Below the pieces are notes generated by a model, which was not told the DNA's origin, searched no databases, and worked only from the letters and a program-made list of their open reading frames with translations. Below are positions 36,794-47,450 of a DNA stretch of 60,742 bases, piece after piece. The position numbers were made by a program, and so were the translations under genes. The stretch is from an uncultured Planctomycetales bacterium (lineage in GTDB: Bacteria; Planctomycetota; Phycisphaerae; SM23-33; FEN-1343): assembly GCA_964535025.1 (NCBI GenBank), contig CAZHRW010000176.1:1-60742 (forward strand), in the 5' to 3' direction. Numbering within the stretch: position 1 is the first letter of the stretch; every line of letters begins with the position of its first letter.

Positions 36794-37189
36794 CTACTGC
36801 GCCGACCGCAGGACGCCGACCGCGAAGAAGAACCTCTGAAAGACGATATCCACGACGTACAGCATCGCCGCGAGGATGAACGTCGCGAACACCACCACCT
36901 TGGTCGAGCCGATCACTTCCTTGCGGCTCGACCAGGCCACCTTCTTCATCTCGCCCTCGGTGGCGATCAGGAAATCGGCCCGGGGGCTTCGATAAACGAC
37001 GGTGAACACCACGTACGTCACCGCCACGCCGAGCACCACCGGCAGCAGGAACTCGATGACCACCTGAGTGTGGGCCAGCATGCCCTTCAGCCACCACATC
37101 CCGGCCACCACGAGGATCAGCGCGCCGGCGAACGTGCCGCGGCGGGTGTACTTGCCCTGGTTGGGCTTATAGATGTCAAACGCTCCCAC
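36794..37189 (-). CDS. secE: Preprotein translocase SecE (3 TM)
   Basis: YKPNQG, FLIATEGEMKKVAWS. Confidence 0.93.
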   Translation of the reverse strand: MGAFDIYKPNQGKYTRRGTFAGALILVVAGMWWLKGMLAHTQVVIEFLLPVVLGVAVTYVVFTVVYRSPRADFLIATEGEMKKVAWSSRKEVIGSTKVVVFATFILAAMLYVVDIVFQRFFFAVGVLRSAQ

Positions 37190-37256
37190 GTTCGGGCACC
37201 TCGCAAAACAGGGGGCGACGGCGTGGTCGCCGCGTCGCCCCGGACCTCGACATCAC

Positions 37257-37329
37257 CACGGCAGGGAGGACTTGAACCCCCAACCTGCGGTTTTGGAAAC
37301 CGCTGCTCTGCCAATTGAGCTACTGCCGT
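37257..37329 (-). tRNA. tRNA-Trp(CCA)
   Basis: Cloverleaf, acceptor ACGGCAG/CTGCCGT, anticodon loop TTCCAAA. Confidence 0.96.
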
Positions 37330-37434
37330 ATCCGATCAGCGACGCGGCGCGTCTCCGTCGGACGGAGACGCGCCACGCACCGATCCTGGTTGTCAGGACG
37401 TCCCGCGCCGCCTCACGGGGCGGGCGGGATTCGA

Positions 37435-37602
37435 CTATTTCTTCTTGGTCTTGTGCAGGGTATGGGTTCGCTCGCGGGGGCAGAACTTCTTCAGTTCCAG
37501 CTTGCCGCCCCCGCCCTGGGTGCGGACCTGGGTCCGGTAGTTCAGCTCGCCGCACTCGCTGCATTGCAGCCACACGTATTCCCGCGGAGAGGCCTTGGCC
37601 AT
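37435..37602 (-). CDS. rpmG: 50S ribosomal protein L33
   Basis: CSECGELNY, LELKKFCP. Confidence 0.95.
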   Translation of the reverse strand: MAKASPREYVWLQCSECGELNYRTQVRTQGGGGKLELKKFCPRERTHTLHKTKKK

Positions 37603-37677
37603 CGCTCTGCTCCAAGTCTTTGTTCGCCGCACCGCCGCGGCCCCGCGCAGGGCAGGGCGGCGGCGGGTGGCGGCGCG

Positions 37678-38886
37678 TTACTCGAGGATCTTGGTCACCA
37701 CGCCGGCGCCGACGGTCCGGCCGCCCTCGCGGATGGCGAACCGCAGGCCCTCTTCCATGGCGATCTCGGTGTTGAGCAGCTCGACTTCCATGGTGACGTT
37801 GTCGCCGGGCATGCACATCTCGGCGCCGCCGAGCAGATTGATCGTGCCGGTCACGTCGGTGGTGCGGAAGTAGAACTGCGGGCGGTACCCGCTGAAGAAG
37901 GGGCTGTGCCGGCCGCCCTCTTCCTTGGTCAGCACGTAGACCTCGCCCTCGAACTTCCGGTGCGGGGTGATCGAGCCGGGCTTGGCCAGCACCTGCCCGC
38001 GCTCCAGCTCGTTCTTTTCGATGCCCCGCAGCAGGCAGCCGACATTGTCGCCGGCCTGGCCCTGCTCCAGCAGCTTGTTGAACATCTCGACGCCCGTGAC
38101 GGTCGTCGTGCGGGTCTCGCCGAGGCCGACGATCTCGACCTGGTCGCCGACCTTGATGATGCCGCGCTCGATACGCCCGGTGCCCACGGTGCCGCGACCC
38201 TTGATGGAGAAGACGTCCTCGATGGGCATCAGGAAGGGCTTGTCGACCTCGCGCAACGGCTCGGGGATGTAGCTGTCCAGGGCGTCCATGAGCTCCTGGA
38301 TGCACTGGGTCTTCTCGGGATCCTCGGGATGCTCGATGGCTTGGGACGCCGAGCCCTTGATGACGGGGGCGTTATCGCCGTCGAACTCGTACTTGCTGAG
38401 CAGTTCGCGGACTTCCAGCTCGACCAGCTCGAGCAGTTCCTCGTCGTCGACCAGGTCGACCTTGTTGAGGAACACCACCAGCGCCGGCACGTTCACCTGG
38501 CGGCTGAGCAGCACGTGCTCGCGGGTCTGGGGCATGGGCCCGTCGGCGGCCGAGACGACGAGGATCGCCCCGTCCATCTGCGCGGCGCCGGTGATCATGT
38601 TCTTGACGTAATCGGCGTGCCCGGGGCAGTCCACGTGGGCGTAGTGCCGGGTCTCCGTTTCGTACTCCTGGTGGCTGGTGGCGATCGTCAGAATCTTCGT
38701 CGCATCACGGCGGCCCTGGCTCTCGGAGGCCTTGGCCACTTCGTCATACGAGACGCTCTTGGCCAGCCCCTTGGCAGCTTGGACCATCGTGATCGCGGCG
38801 GTCAGGGTCGTCTTGCCGTGGTCCACGTGACCGATCGTGCCGACGTTCACGTGGGGCTTCGTACGTTCAAAGACCTCCTTGGCCAT
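37678..38886 (-). CDS. tuf: Elongation factor Tu
   Basis: [21 protein letters not shown]; [10 protein letters not shown] effector variant. Confidence 0.98.
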   Translation of the reverse strand: MAKEVFERTKPHVNVGTIGHVDHGKTTLTAAITMVQAAKGLAKSVSYDEVAKASESQGRRDATKILTIATSHQEYETETRHYAHVDCPGHADYVKNMITGAAQMDGAILVVSAADGPMPQTREHVLLSRQVNVPALVVFLNKVDLVDDEELLELVELEVRELLSKYEFDGDNAPVIKGSASQAIEHPEDPEKTQCIQELMDALDSYIPEPLREVDKPFLMPIEDVFSIKGRGTVGTGRIERGIIKVGDQVEIVGLGETRTTTVTGVEMFNKLLEQGQAGDNVGCLLRGIEKNELERGQVLAKPGSITPHRKFEGEVYVLTKEEGGRHSPFFSGYRPQFYFRTTDVTGTINLLGGAEMCMPGDNVTMEVELLNTEIAMEEGLRFAIREGGRTVGAGVVTKILE

Positions 38887-38997
38887 GGTCGTTGCTCCTG
38901 CTTCGTTGCGTTTCCACGGGCCCAAGCCTTCGCCGGGCCCCAATCCTGTTGAATTTCGTCTATCCAGTCGTCGCGGCCGGGCCCTGGTGCCCGCCGA

Positions 38998-39069
<72 letters not shown>

Positions 39070-39126
39070 ACATCTGCCGAAAAACCCAAGGTATACCGCT
39101 CGCGCAGTCTACAAGGTGAACGGAGC

Positions 39127-39154
39127 ATTATGACGCATTCACGGGGGGTGTCAA
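39127..39154 (-). promoter_or_regulatory. Putative promoter for tRNA-Thr-tuf
   Basis: TTGACA-16 nt-CATAAT. Confidence 0.65.
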
Positions 39155-39303
39155 ACCAAAAATCACCCGCCGAAAGCAGAAAATGCTCCGCCAGGACTTG
39201 GCCGGCACCCGCCTGCGGGCGCCGCCACGGGCCTAACCGCCGATCGCCGCCCGCCGAACCCGAACCGCCGGGCGTCGACCGACCGCCTGCCGGCGACGTC
39301 AAC

Positions 39304-39376
39304 AGCGGGCGACCGGGGTCGAACCGGCGACATCCAGCTTGGAAGGCTGGTGCTCTACCCATTGAGCTACGCCCGC
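39304..39376 (-). tRNA. tRNA-Gly(TCC)
   Basis: Cloverleaf, CCAGC-CTTCCAA-GCTGG. Confidence 0.96.
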
Positions 39377-39459
39377 ATGCGACCAGCATCAGCATGCCGG
39401 ACGGCCGCATCGGCCCCGAACGCGACATCCGCGTCGCCGAAGCCGGCATCATCTATATA

Positions 39460-39541
39460 TGGGAGCGGGTGGATTCGAACCACCGTAGGCTGAGCCGTCA
39501 GATTTACAGTCTGATCCCTTTGTCCACTCGGGCACACTCCC
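39460..39541 (-). tRNA. tRNA-Tyr(GTA)
   Basis: Cloverleaf with long variable arm, TCAGA-CTGTAAA-TCTGA. Confidence 0.96.
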
Positions 39542-39573
39542 GCACGTCGCCTCTAATCAGTGGCGAGTATCGT

Positions 39574-39603
39574 ATTAAAAGCCCCCCCCGCCCGCCTTGT
39601 CAA
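39574..39603 (-). promoter_or_regulatory. Putative promoter for tRNA-Tyr
   Basis: TTGACA-18 nt-TTTAAT. Confidence 0.45.
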
Positions 39604-39727
39604 TGCCCAAAGCGGGATTGACACGCTTTTGTCGTCGACGATCCGGTCGCCTCGCCGCAACACACTGCAACGGAAGTACTTGAATTGCCTGCCGCGGGCT
39701 TGCGCGCGGCGGAGCGTGCCGTATAGA

Positions 39728-39877
39728 ATGACGAGTAGCTTGATAGGAATGCGCATCGACGCCGACGGGGGCGAACTGGTCATCCATGTGCCCAATGACG
39801 AGCCCGCAACGCTGGGGCTGCTGGCTGTCGGGGGACTGGTCACGGGGCGCCGAAGGCGCCGCAACGCATTCGCCTGA
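39728..39877 (+). CDS. Tiny PEP-CTERM-like peptide or gene remnant
   Basis: VPNDEPATLGLLAVGGLVTGRRRRR = PEP-like motif + TM + Arg cluster. Confidence 0.45.
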   Translation: MTSSLIGMRIDADGGELVIHVPNDEPATLGLLAVGGLVTGRRRRRNAFA

Positions 39878-39954
39878 AAGTGGATGCGCGTGGGACGGCC
39901 CCCGCCGGCCCAATGTCCGGCGCGGGGCCGTCCCTTCATTCGGGGCTGCTCACG

Positions 39955-40191
39955 TCAGCCCGCCGGGTGCGCCCCGCCACGCTCGTGCGTGTGCGCCATA
40001 TAGGGCGTCCTGAACGCGGCATAGATCGCCGAGATGGCGACCAGCAGGTAGATGATCCTCGACAGCACGGACAGCTCGCCGAAGATCGCCGCCACCACGT
40101 TGAACTCGAACAGAGCCCACATCCCCCAGTTCAATCCGCCAATGATCAACAACACCAACGCCGCGATATCCAGTCCCTTCAGCCGGTTCAT
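39955..40191 (-). CDS. DUF378-family small membrane protein
   Basis: LDIAALVLLIIGGLNWG...FNVVAAIFG...SRIIYLLV. Confidence 0.88.
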   Translation of the reverse strand: MNRLKGLDIAALVLLIIGGLNWGMWALFEFNVVAAIFGELSVLSRIIYLLVAISAIYAAFRTPYMAHTHERGGAHPAG

Positions 40192-40468
40192 CGCTTGCTC
40201 CTCCCAGAATCTTCCGCAACGGATCGTTTCGAACCTCTAACCAACAGTATTCTACGTCGTCCGGCGCAACGGGACGACCGGTTTGCTCGCGGGCTTTATT
40301 CGCCCCCCGCCGCGGCGTCCGGCAGGGTCGGCCGGACAACCGCTGCAGGGGGCATAGTCGGCCCGGCCGGCACAAAGCCCCTCCGAAATCATGGCCGTTC
40401 TGTACCCCGCCGCCCGGTGGTCCGATACGACGACTGCGTGCCGGAAGGGGGCGCAAAGGGGGGGAACC

Positions 40469-40621
40469 ATGCACATCACAACGGACCGGTCGGGTCTGTT
40501 GACAATCGAATGGGCCGTCCTGGCGGCGATGGTCAACGCCGTCGCCATGACGGCGCTGACGGCCCTGGGCCTGTGGGCCGCCGGGCAGTTCGCCGACGGG
40601 CACCTCCTGTTGCGGCTGTAG
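40469..40621 (+). CDS. Flp/type IVb pilin-like small protein
   Basis: DRSG/LLTIEWAVL: G-x4-E-aromatic followed by a hydrophobic helix; 50 aa. Confidence 0.55.
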   Translation: MHITTDRSGLLTIEWAVLAAMVNAVAMTALTALGLWAAGQFADGHLLLRL

Positions 40622-40642
40622 CGCCCGCCGGCGGCCGACACC

Positions 40643-40807
40643 ATGGGCTCCACCCGACGGGTCGCATTCGATCGGCGCGACGCGAAGGTCCTCCAGTGGG
40701 CGGTGATCATCGGACTGGTCGTCTCCGCCACGGTGACCGCCATCGCCCTGTTCGGCGCCTGGCTGTGCGGGCCCTTCGCGGCCCTGCGGACGCCGGGTCA
40801 CCCGTGA
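40643..40807 (+). CDS. Degenerate Flp pilin-like small protein (not in ORF track)
   Basis: MGSTRRVAFDRRDAKVLQWAVIIGLVVSATVTAIALFGAWLCGPF...; aligns with the upstream peptide. Confidence 0.45.
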   Translation: MGSTRRVAFDRRDAKVLQWAVIIGLVVSATVTAIALFGAWLCGPFAALRTPGHP

Positions 40808-40835
40808 CCGGTCCGCCGAGACGCGATAGGGGCCG

Positions 40836-43800
40836 CTACCATGGGGCGATCTGTCCGGCCGGCTCGGTGAACGCCTCGGTCAGCTCGCCGCCGGTCTCGA
40901 CGACGCCCTTGAAGAACTTCACCGTCGCCTTGCCCAGGTCCTTCAGCGGCTCCTTTTCGACCCGCAGGGACTCGGGACGATCCCACGCGCCCGTCACGTG
41001 CACCTGGGTCACGCGGCTGGCGACCGGCACGATGAGGTCCAGGATCGGGAAGTCCAGGTACGCGGCGATATCGGCGAGGGCCGCCGCGACCACGTGCACG
41101 TCGACGCGGCCGGTGGCCAGGTCGACCGTCCCGCCCGGTTGCGGGCTGAGGGCCACCAGCGGCGTGGCCAGCCGTCCGTCGGTCAGCGTGACCGCCGCGC
41201 CGGCGTGGGTGAATGCCAGCCACACGTCCGTGTCCGCCGCGGAGGCCCGCCGGACGCCCAGCGCATCGAAGATTACCGTCAGCACGGGCACCCCCAGCAG
41301 GCGGCTGTCGCGAATCGTCAGCCCCCCGGCGCCCCGGACGGTCGCGAGGTCGACGGCCTCGGCGGCGAAGCGGTAGGCGAACTCGGCGCGGCCGGCGATG
41401 TCGGCGTCGGGGTTGCCCAGCGCCGCGGTCAGACGTTCCAGCGCCAGGTCGGTGACCGTCATCGACCCCTGCGTGCGCACCGGCCGCCCGGGGGCAAGGT
41501 CCACGCGGAAGGCGCCGAAGGCCTCCCCGCCCAGGAGGCGGCCGTGAATGCCGCCGATGTCGACGCTGCGGCCGAACGCCCGGGCGTTGACGTTGAACGA
41601 CTCGGCGACGGGCACCGAGCCGGTCGAGACGGTCCACTCGCTCAGCCGCCCCGTCCCGTGCACCTCGAGCGGCCCGGCGGCGCCCAGGCCGTCCACGCGG
41701 CAGTCCAGCGCAACGCGGCCGGCGGCGTCGTAGCCCGCCAGCACGGCCGCCCGCCCGGCCACGGTGGCCTGCCCGCGGAGGGCGATCGTCTCGAGGCCGA
41801 GCCCGGAGACGGCGAGGTGGCCGTCGATGGCGGTCCAGTCGAGCCACGGCGCCGCGACCAGGCCCTCGGGCAGTCGGGCCAGGTCGATGCCCTCGACGCC
41901 GATCTGGCCCTCGTAGGCGTCGCCCTCGGCCGCCGGCCACAGATCGACCAGCAGGCGGCCGCCCGCCGCCTCGGCGCCGGCGCGGGCCCAGGGCCGTCGT
42001 CCGCCGGCGGCGTGAATCGCCCCATCCAGCGCCGTGACCACCGCCTGCCCGTCGTAGTCAAGATGCCCGCCGGCCATCTCGGCGACGACGGTCAGCCGTT
42101 CGAGCAGGCTTGCGGCGGGCTCATCCCGCAGGCCTGCGTCGAGCGAAAGCCCGGCCGCCGCCCGCAGCCGTCGCTGCGGCCAGTCGACGTCCGCGCGGCC
42201 GTCGAGCCGTGCGGTCAACTCGCTGAGGCCCTCGGCGTCGACGGCGCCGTCGAGGTTCACGACCACCGCGGGGCCGTCGGGCCCGTCGAGGCCCAGCAGG
42301 GTCGCGACGTCGACGTCGCGACAGGTCAGCTCCCAGCGGTGCTTGCGCCGGCCGGTCAGGTCCAGGCGACCCTGCCCCTCGATCGTCCCGCCGGCGGCGG
42401 TCATCAGGATCTCGCCGCCGACGCGCCGGCCGTCGCCGGTCCACAGGGCGGCCCGCCGGAGGTGGGCGAGCTGCCCGCCGCCGCGGCCCCACACCCAGTC
42501 GGTCAGCGCGGCCCGCCCGTCGAGCGCCCCCCGGCCCGCGCGCGACACCGCCAGCTCCCACCCCCCTGCCAGCCGATCGCCGGCCGTGCGGGCCGACGCG
42601 GTCCCGCCGGCGTTCAGGCGGAGGGTCTCGCCGAGCGAGCCGCTCAACTCCGCCCGCAGGCCTAGGGTGAGCTCGCCTCCGCCGCCGGCGCCGAGAGCCG
42701 CCGCCAGCCGGTCGCCGCGAACGTCCGTGGCCGTCAGATCGAGCTCGAACGTCGCGGCCGCCTCGGCCTGCGGCCCGCCGAACGCCAGCGCGCCCGTCGC
42801 GGCGATTGTGCCGTCCGCCACGTCGGCCTCCGCCTGCCGGAGCGTCAGCCGCCGGCCGTCGAGGTCCGCCAGCACGTCGATCCAGGCCGCCTCGCCATCG
42901 GCGATCGCCACCTGCCAGTTGTCCAGGGCGATCTCCCCGCGGCCCCGCCACGCGTCGGGCCCCGTCGTGGGGATCTCGACGGCCAGGGCGACCGAGCCGC
43001 CGACCGCTTCGATCGGCCCGGCGTCCGTCGTCGCCAGAAGCGATCCGCGGCCGTGCACCTCCATCGCCCGGTCGGCGGTGGGCTCGACGTGGATCGCGCC
43101 GTCGAACGCGGCCCGGCGGATCACGCCGTCGCCGCCGGGGTGGACCAGTGGCACCAGGTCCATGCCCCGGGCGGCGACGTCGGCGCGGACCGCGACGCCG
43201 GGGCCGACCAGGCCGATCCGGGCCCGGCCGTCCAGGCGGCCGCCCAGCATCCGGCACGACACCTCCGCCAGCTCCACCTGCCCGTCGGCGATCCGCCAGT
43301 CGACGTCCAACCCTTCCACCCGCACCCGCTCGGCCACCACCGCCGAGCCGCCGAGCAGCTCGCCGGTCGCCCGCACCTCGAACGAGGCGGCCTCGCCCGC
43401 GTCGCCGGCGGCCGCGACCTCGCCGACGAACCGGCCCTGCGCCTCCTTGACGACCGCCCCACCGGGGATCCACGCGGCCAGCAGGGCCGCCTCGTGGGGT
43501 TCGATCCGCCGATCGATCCGCCCGTCGAGCTCGACGCGGCGGCCGGCGACATCCCACGACGCCCGCACGTCCAGCACGCCCTGGTGCGGCGGCAGACTGT
43601 CGGCCCACAGGTCGAACCGCTCGCCGTGGCGGACCACGGCGACGGCGAGCGGCTCGAGCGCCGCCCAGCCGCCCGGCCCGTCGGCCGTCACCGACAGGGC
43701 GCGGATGTGCACGCTCTCGGGCGCGACGGCGTCCAGCGCGACCGGTTCGCCCGACTCGGGCGGGCGCCGGACCGGCGGGCCGCCGTGCACCTGCACCCGC

Positions 43801-44132
43801 AGGGCCTCCACGTCGACAGCCCCCAACGCCGGCGACGCGCCCGGCCAGTTCCGCAACCGCAGCCGCACGCCCTCGGCCTCCAGCCACGGACGGCCCTGCT
43901 CGTCGGTCAGCCGCACCGCCGCCAGGCGGACCACGCCCCGGTAGGAAAACTCGACCCCCCGCACCGTCACCGCGCCGTCCCACACCTCCCCCACGCGGTC
44001 GCTCACCACTTGGCGGATGTACGCCGGAATGACCCACCGCCCGGCCGCCCACGTCAGCGCCGCGCCCGCCGCCGCCACGATCAGCAGCGCCACGAGGCCC
44101 CGTCGGATCCATCGGCGCAGTCGCTCGTTCAT
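40836..44132 (-). CDS. Large AsmA-like beta-rich envelope protein
   Basis: N-terminal TM anchor, repetitive beta segments (xxGGxxxG), C-terminal G.VDL...VTG.W..P pattern. Confidence 0.7.
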   Translation of the reverse strand: MNERLRRWIRRGLVALLIVAAAGAALTWAAGRWVIPAYIRQVVSDRVGEVWDGAVTVRGVEFSYRGVVRLAAVRLTDEQGRPWLEAEGVRLRLRNWPGASPALGAVDVEALRVQVHGGPPVRRPPESGEPVALDAVAPESVHIRALSVTADGPGGWAALEPLAVAVVRHGERFDLWADSLPPHQGVLDVRASWDVAGRRVELDGRIDRRIEPHEAALLAAWIPGGAVVKEAQGRFVGEVAAAGDAGEAASFEVRATGELLGGSAVVAERVRVEGLDVDWRIADGQVELAEVSCRMLGGRLDGRARIGLVGPGVAVRADVAARGMDLVPLVHPGGDGVIRRAAFDGAIHVEPTADRAMEVHGRGSLLATTDAGPIEAVGGSVALAVEIPTTGPDAWRGRGEIALDNWQVAIADGEAAWIDVLADLDGRRLTLRQAEADVADGTIAATGALAFGGPQAEAAATFELDLTATDVRGDRLAAALGAGGGGELTLGLRAELSGSLGETLRLNAGGTASARTAGDRLAGGWELAVSRAGRGALDGRAALTDWVWGRGGGQLAHLRRAALWTGDGRRVGGEILMTAAGGTIEGQGRLDLTGRRKHRWELTCRDVDVATLLGLDGPDGPAVVVNLDGAVDAEGLSELTARLDGRADVDWPQRRLRAAAGLSLDAGLRDEPAASLLERLTVVAEMAGGHLDYDGQAVVTALDGAIHAAGGRRPWARAGAEAAGGRLLVDLWPAAEGDAYEGQIGVEGIDLARLPEGLVAAPWLDWTAIDGHLAVSGLGLETIALRGQATVAGRAAVLAGYDAAGRVALDCRVDGLGAAGPLEVHGTGRLSEWTVSTGSVPVAESFNVNARAFGRSVDIGGIHGRLLGGEAFGAFRVDLAPGRPVRTQGSMTVTDLALERLTAALGNPDADIAGRAEFAYRFAAEAVDLATVRGAGGLTIRDSRLLGVPVLTVIFDALGVRRASAADTDVWLAFTHAGAAVTLTDGRLATPLVALSPQPGGTVDLATGRVDVHVVAAALADIAAYLDFPILDLIVPVASRVTQVHVTGAWDRPESLRVEKEPLKDLGKATVKFFKGVVETGGELTEAFTEPAGQIAPW

Positions 44133-44136
44133 GGGC

Positions 44137-44865
44137 TCATTCCGGCTGGACGGCCTGCTCGGCCGGCGCCTCGGGCGTCCGCTTCACCGAGGCGGTGTTG
44201 GCCGGCGTCTTGGCCGGGGCGATGTTCTCCTGCGTGCCGGGCCCGGCGCCGAGGATCCACCGGCTCTTGTGATCGCTGAACCCGAACGCCGGGCCGGAGG
44301 CGTGGAAGAGTCGTCCGTCGGCCTGGGCATACGCCACGAACGCCACGCGGCAGACGCCGGCCTGGGCGATGGACTTGTAGACGGGCACCTCCGGCGTCGC
44401 GATCGGCGCGCCGACCCACGGGATCTGCCCGGCGGGGATGCCCAGGACGTAATCGTTGCGGTTGGTCCCCACGGCCCCGGCCCGCAGCTCGAGGATGTAC
44501 TGGGCGTCGTCCGGGCGTCGCACGAGGATCACACCCGCCCGCAGCGCCGCCGCCCGCACCTCGGCGATGATGTACGACCGGTCCGTCAGGATGCCCAGCG
44601 CCTCGCTGCTCAGCGGCGCCTGATCGGCCCCCACGTCCCGGCCCGGCCGCGGGTACACCAGCGCATCGTCGATGTAGACCCTGCGGTCGGCCAGGAACGC
44701 GAAGTCCAGTTGCGACACCGCCTGGCTGACCGCCGCCGCCACCAGCAACTGCTCGGTCGCCGTCCGCGGCGTATCGGTAATCCGCCGCATCCCGCACCCG
44801 CCGGCCAGCGTCGCGGCCGCCGCGGCCGCCGCGAGGGCGTACGTTCCCACTAATCGTCCGGTCAT
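44137..44865 (-). CDS. Lipoprotein, DUF6655-like
   Basis: Lipobox LAGGC then TDTPRTATEQLL; RAGAVGT. Confidence 0.7.
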   Translation of the reverse strand: MTGRLVGTYALAAAAAAATLAGGCGMRRITDTPRTATEQLLVAAAVSQAVSQLDFAFLADRRVYIDDALVYPRPGRDVGADQAPLSSEALGILTDRSYIIAEVRAAALRAGVILVRRPDDAQYILELRAGAVGTNRNDYVLGIPAGQIPWVGAPIATPEVPVYKSIAQAGVCRVAFVAYAQADGRLFHASGPAFGFSDHKSRWILGAGPGTQENIAPAKTPANTASVKRTPEAPAEQAVQPE

Positions 44866-45089
44866 CGGCAAGATCCTTCTTCCCAGGACGCTCCGGCCGC
44901 CCCCACGGCGAGCGAAGGGTCGCTGCGCGGAGCACTTCCCCGTCCGGCGCCTCCCGCCGTCACCCCATTCTATGCCCCCGCACCGCCCGCCGCCCGGCTT
45001 GCCGGCGTGCCCTTGGGGCGTGACCCCCGGGCCGGGCCGAGGGTGAGCTATTGCAAAGCCGGGCCGTTCCCGCTAAGGTACCACACTCC

Positions 45090-46415
45090 ATGACCAAAGC
45101 CCACGGCGAGCCCGCCTACGACTGGCGTTCCATGTTTCGTGCCCTGCGGCACCGCAACTATAGACTTTTTTTCGCCGGCCAGAGCGTTTCCGTGATCGGC
45201 ACCTGGATGGGCCGGGTGGCGATCGGCTGGCTGGTCTACCGGCTGACGGGGTCGGCGGCGATGCTGGGCGTGGTCGCGTTCATCGGGGCGATTCCGGCGT
45301 TCACGCTGGCGCCGTTCGGCGGGTCGGTGGTTGACTGGTCCGACCGCTACCGCGTGCTGCTGGCCTCGCAGGCGGGGCTGGGCCTGGTGGCCCTGGCCCT
45401 GGGGGCGCTGGTGCTCACCGGCAGCGAGGCGATCGGGCCGGTGATGGTCCTGGCGATGCTGATGGGGGTGGTCCGGGCGTTCGACATCCCCGCCCGGCAG
45501 GCCATGGTCGTCGACCTGGTCGACGACCGCGACGACCTGGGCAACGCGATCGCCTTGAACTCGACGATGATCAACGGCGCCAAGCTGATCGGCCCGATGG
45601 TGGGCGGCCTGGTCATCGCCGCCGTCGGCGAAGGCATCCTGTTCCTCGCCGACGGCATCAGCTATGGGTTCGTGATCGCCGCGCTGCTGGCCATGCGGCT
45701 GCCCGCACGGCATCGCCCCAAGCGCAACAGCGCCTTTGCGGCCCACTTCGTCGAGGGCTGGCGCTACGCCCGCACGTCGGTGCCGATCCGCAACCTGCTG
45801 GGGCTGATGGCGATGGTCAGCCTGCTGGCCGTGCCGTATATCGTGCTGCTGCCGATCTTCGCCGACAAGGTGATCGGCGGCGGCGCCAAGACCCTGGGCT
45901 TCCTCACCGCCGCCGGCGGCGCCGGCGCGATGGTCGGCGGCATGTACCTGGCATCGCGGCGCAGCATCGTCGGCCTCGAGCGGGTGATCGGCCTGGGCGC
46001 CGCCCTGTTCGGCGCGGCCCTGATCGCCTTTTCCCTGGTCGACCGGCTGTGGCCGGCGATGCTCCTGCTGCCGCTGGCCGGGTTCGGCATGATGACCGTC
46101 ATGTCCGGCGCCAACACGGCCCTGCAGACGCTGGTCGACGACGACAAGCGCGGCCGCATCATGGCGCTGTTCACCATGGCCTTCATGGGCGCCGCCCCGA
46201 TCGGCAACCTCATCGCCGGGTTCGTCGCCGAACACCTGGGTGCCCAGCGAACCGTCGCCGTCGGCGGCGGCGCCTGCCTCCTCGCGGCCGGCTGGTTCGC
46301 CCTGACCTTGCCGGCCATCCGCGCCGCGACCAGGCCCATCCTCATCGAGCGCGGCCTGCTCGCCGACGACGCCCTCCCCGACGTCGCCGACAGCAAACTG
46401 ACCGGCGGCGAATAA
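45090..46415 (+). CDS. MFS transporter
   Basis: FRALRHRNYRLFFAGQ, FDIPARQA, RGRIMALF; about 12 TM. Confidence 0.92.
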   Translation: MTKAHGEPAYDWRSMFRALRHRNYRLFFAGQSVSVIGTWMGRVAIGWLVYRLTGSAAMLGVVAFIGAIPAFTLAPFGGSVVDWSDRYRVLLASQAGLGLVALALGALVLTGSEAIGPVMVLAMLMGVVRAFDIPARQAMVVDLVDDRDDLGNAIALNSTMINGAKLIGPMVGGLVIAAVGEGILFLADGISYGFVIAALLAMRLPARHRPKRNSAFAAHFVEGWRYARTSVPIRNLLGLMAMVSLLAVPYIVLLPIFADKVIGGGAKTLGFLTAAGGAGAMVGGMYLASRRSIVGLERVIGLGAALFGAALIAFSLVDRLWPAMLLLPLAGFGMMTVMSGANTALQTLVDDDKRGRIMALFTMAFMGAAPIGNLIAGFVAEHLGAQRTVAVGGGACLLAAGWFALTLPAIRAATRPILIERGLLADDALPDVADSKLTGGE

Positions 46416-46808
46416 CGCCGACGGCGGTCGCCCGGAACGATCCTCCGATGCCCGCGCGTGGTCCGTGTCGCGAACGTGACGTGGTCGAACGACGCGTTCG
46501 CGGGGTCCGGCGCCATCGAACGCATCCCCATGCTCATGCATGGGGCTTCCTTCCGTCGCGCCCCGTGCCTCCCGCGGCGCTCGGGCCGCACCCGAGCAAG
46601 CCGGGACAGCGCCTCCCCGCTGAACGGGGCCGTTCGGGCCGCCGTCGCCGTCAGTCTCGTCACCGTTGCGGCCACCGGGGACCTCACCGGGGAAAAATCG
46701 TCACGAAACACCGGCGGATGGACGATAAACCCTCAGCTTGGCACAGGTAACGCACCGGCGCGCGGGGCGGTCGGCGCCGTCGACGCGAGCGGGCCAGAGG
46801 AGACGAGC

Positions 46809-47450
46809 ATGGGTGGTGAGTTAAGATTCGGCGAGATCGTTTCGTTTGCTTTCAAAACGGGCATCAAAAATCTGCCTTCCCTGCTGGGATGCGTGGTGTT
46901 GTGGGTGCTGACCATCTGGATTCCTTATGTCAATGTGGGCACGACGATCGCGATTCTGACGCTGCCGGCCTGCCTGAGCAGGGGCGAGGTCATCTCCCCG
47001 TTACGGATCTTCGACAGATCGTATCGCAAGTACATGGGCGAGTTCTTCCTGGCCATGGGCCTGAAGAACCTCATGGTCTCGCCGGGGTTCCTCTTCATGA
47101 TCCTCCCGGGGGTGGTCCTTTCGATCGCCTACAGCCTGACCACGCTGCTGATCGTGGATAAAGGCCGCAGCGCCCCCGAGGCACTGAAACTCAGCCTTGA
47201 CGCCACCGATGGGCACAAGATGGCGATGTTCCTGTGGTACCTGTTCTTCGGCATCGTGGTGGTGTTGATCCCGTGGTGGATTTTCGATGCGATCTGGTCG
47301 CCGCTGGCCTTCCTGTGGCTGCTGGTGTCGAGCGTCGCCGGGATTGCCGCCAAGGGCTATATCTACGGGCAGTTGACCGCGGAGATCCAGGCCTCCAGCC
47401 GCGACGACGGCCAGGCCGAGCCGAGAGGATTCGCCGTCATCGCCGAGTAG
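46809..47450 (+). CDS. Hypothetical multi-pass membrane protein
   Basis: GGAG RBS, several hydrophobic segments, coding-like codon usage. Confidence 0.75.
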   Translation: MGGELRFGEIVSFAFKTGIKNLPSLLGCVVLWVLTIWIPYVNVGTTIAILTLPACLSRGEVISPLRIFDRSYRKYMGEFFLAMGLKNLMVSPGFLFMILPGVVLSIAYSLTTLLIVDKGRSAPEALKLSLDATDGHKMAMFLWYLFFGIVVVLIPWWIFDAIWSPLAFLWLLVSSVAGIAAKGYIYGQLTAEIQASSRDDGQAEPRGFAVIAE

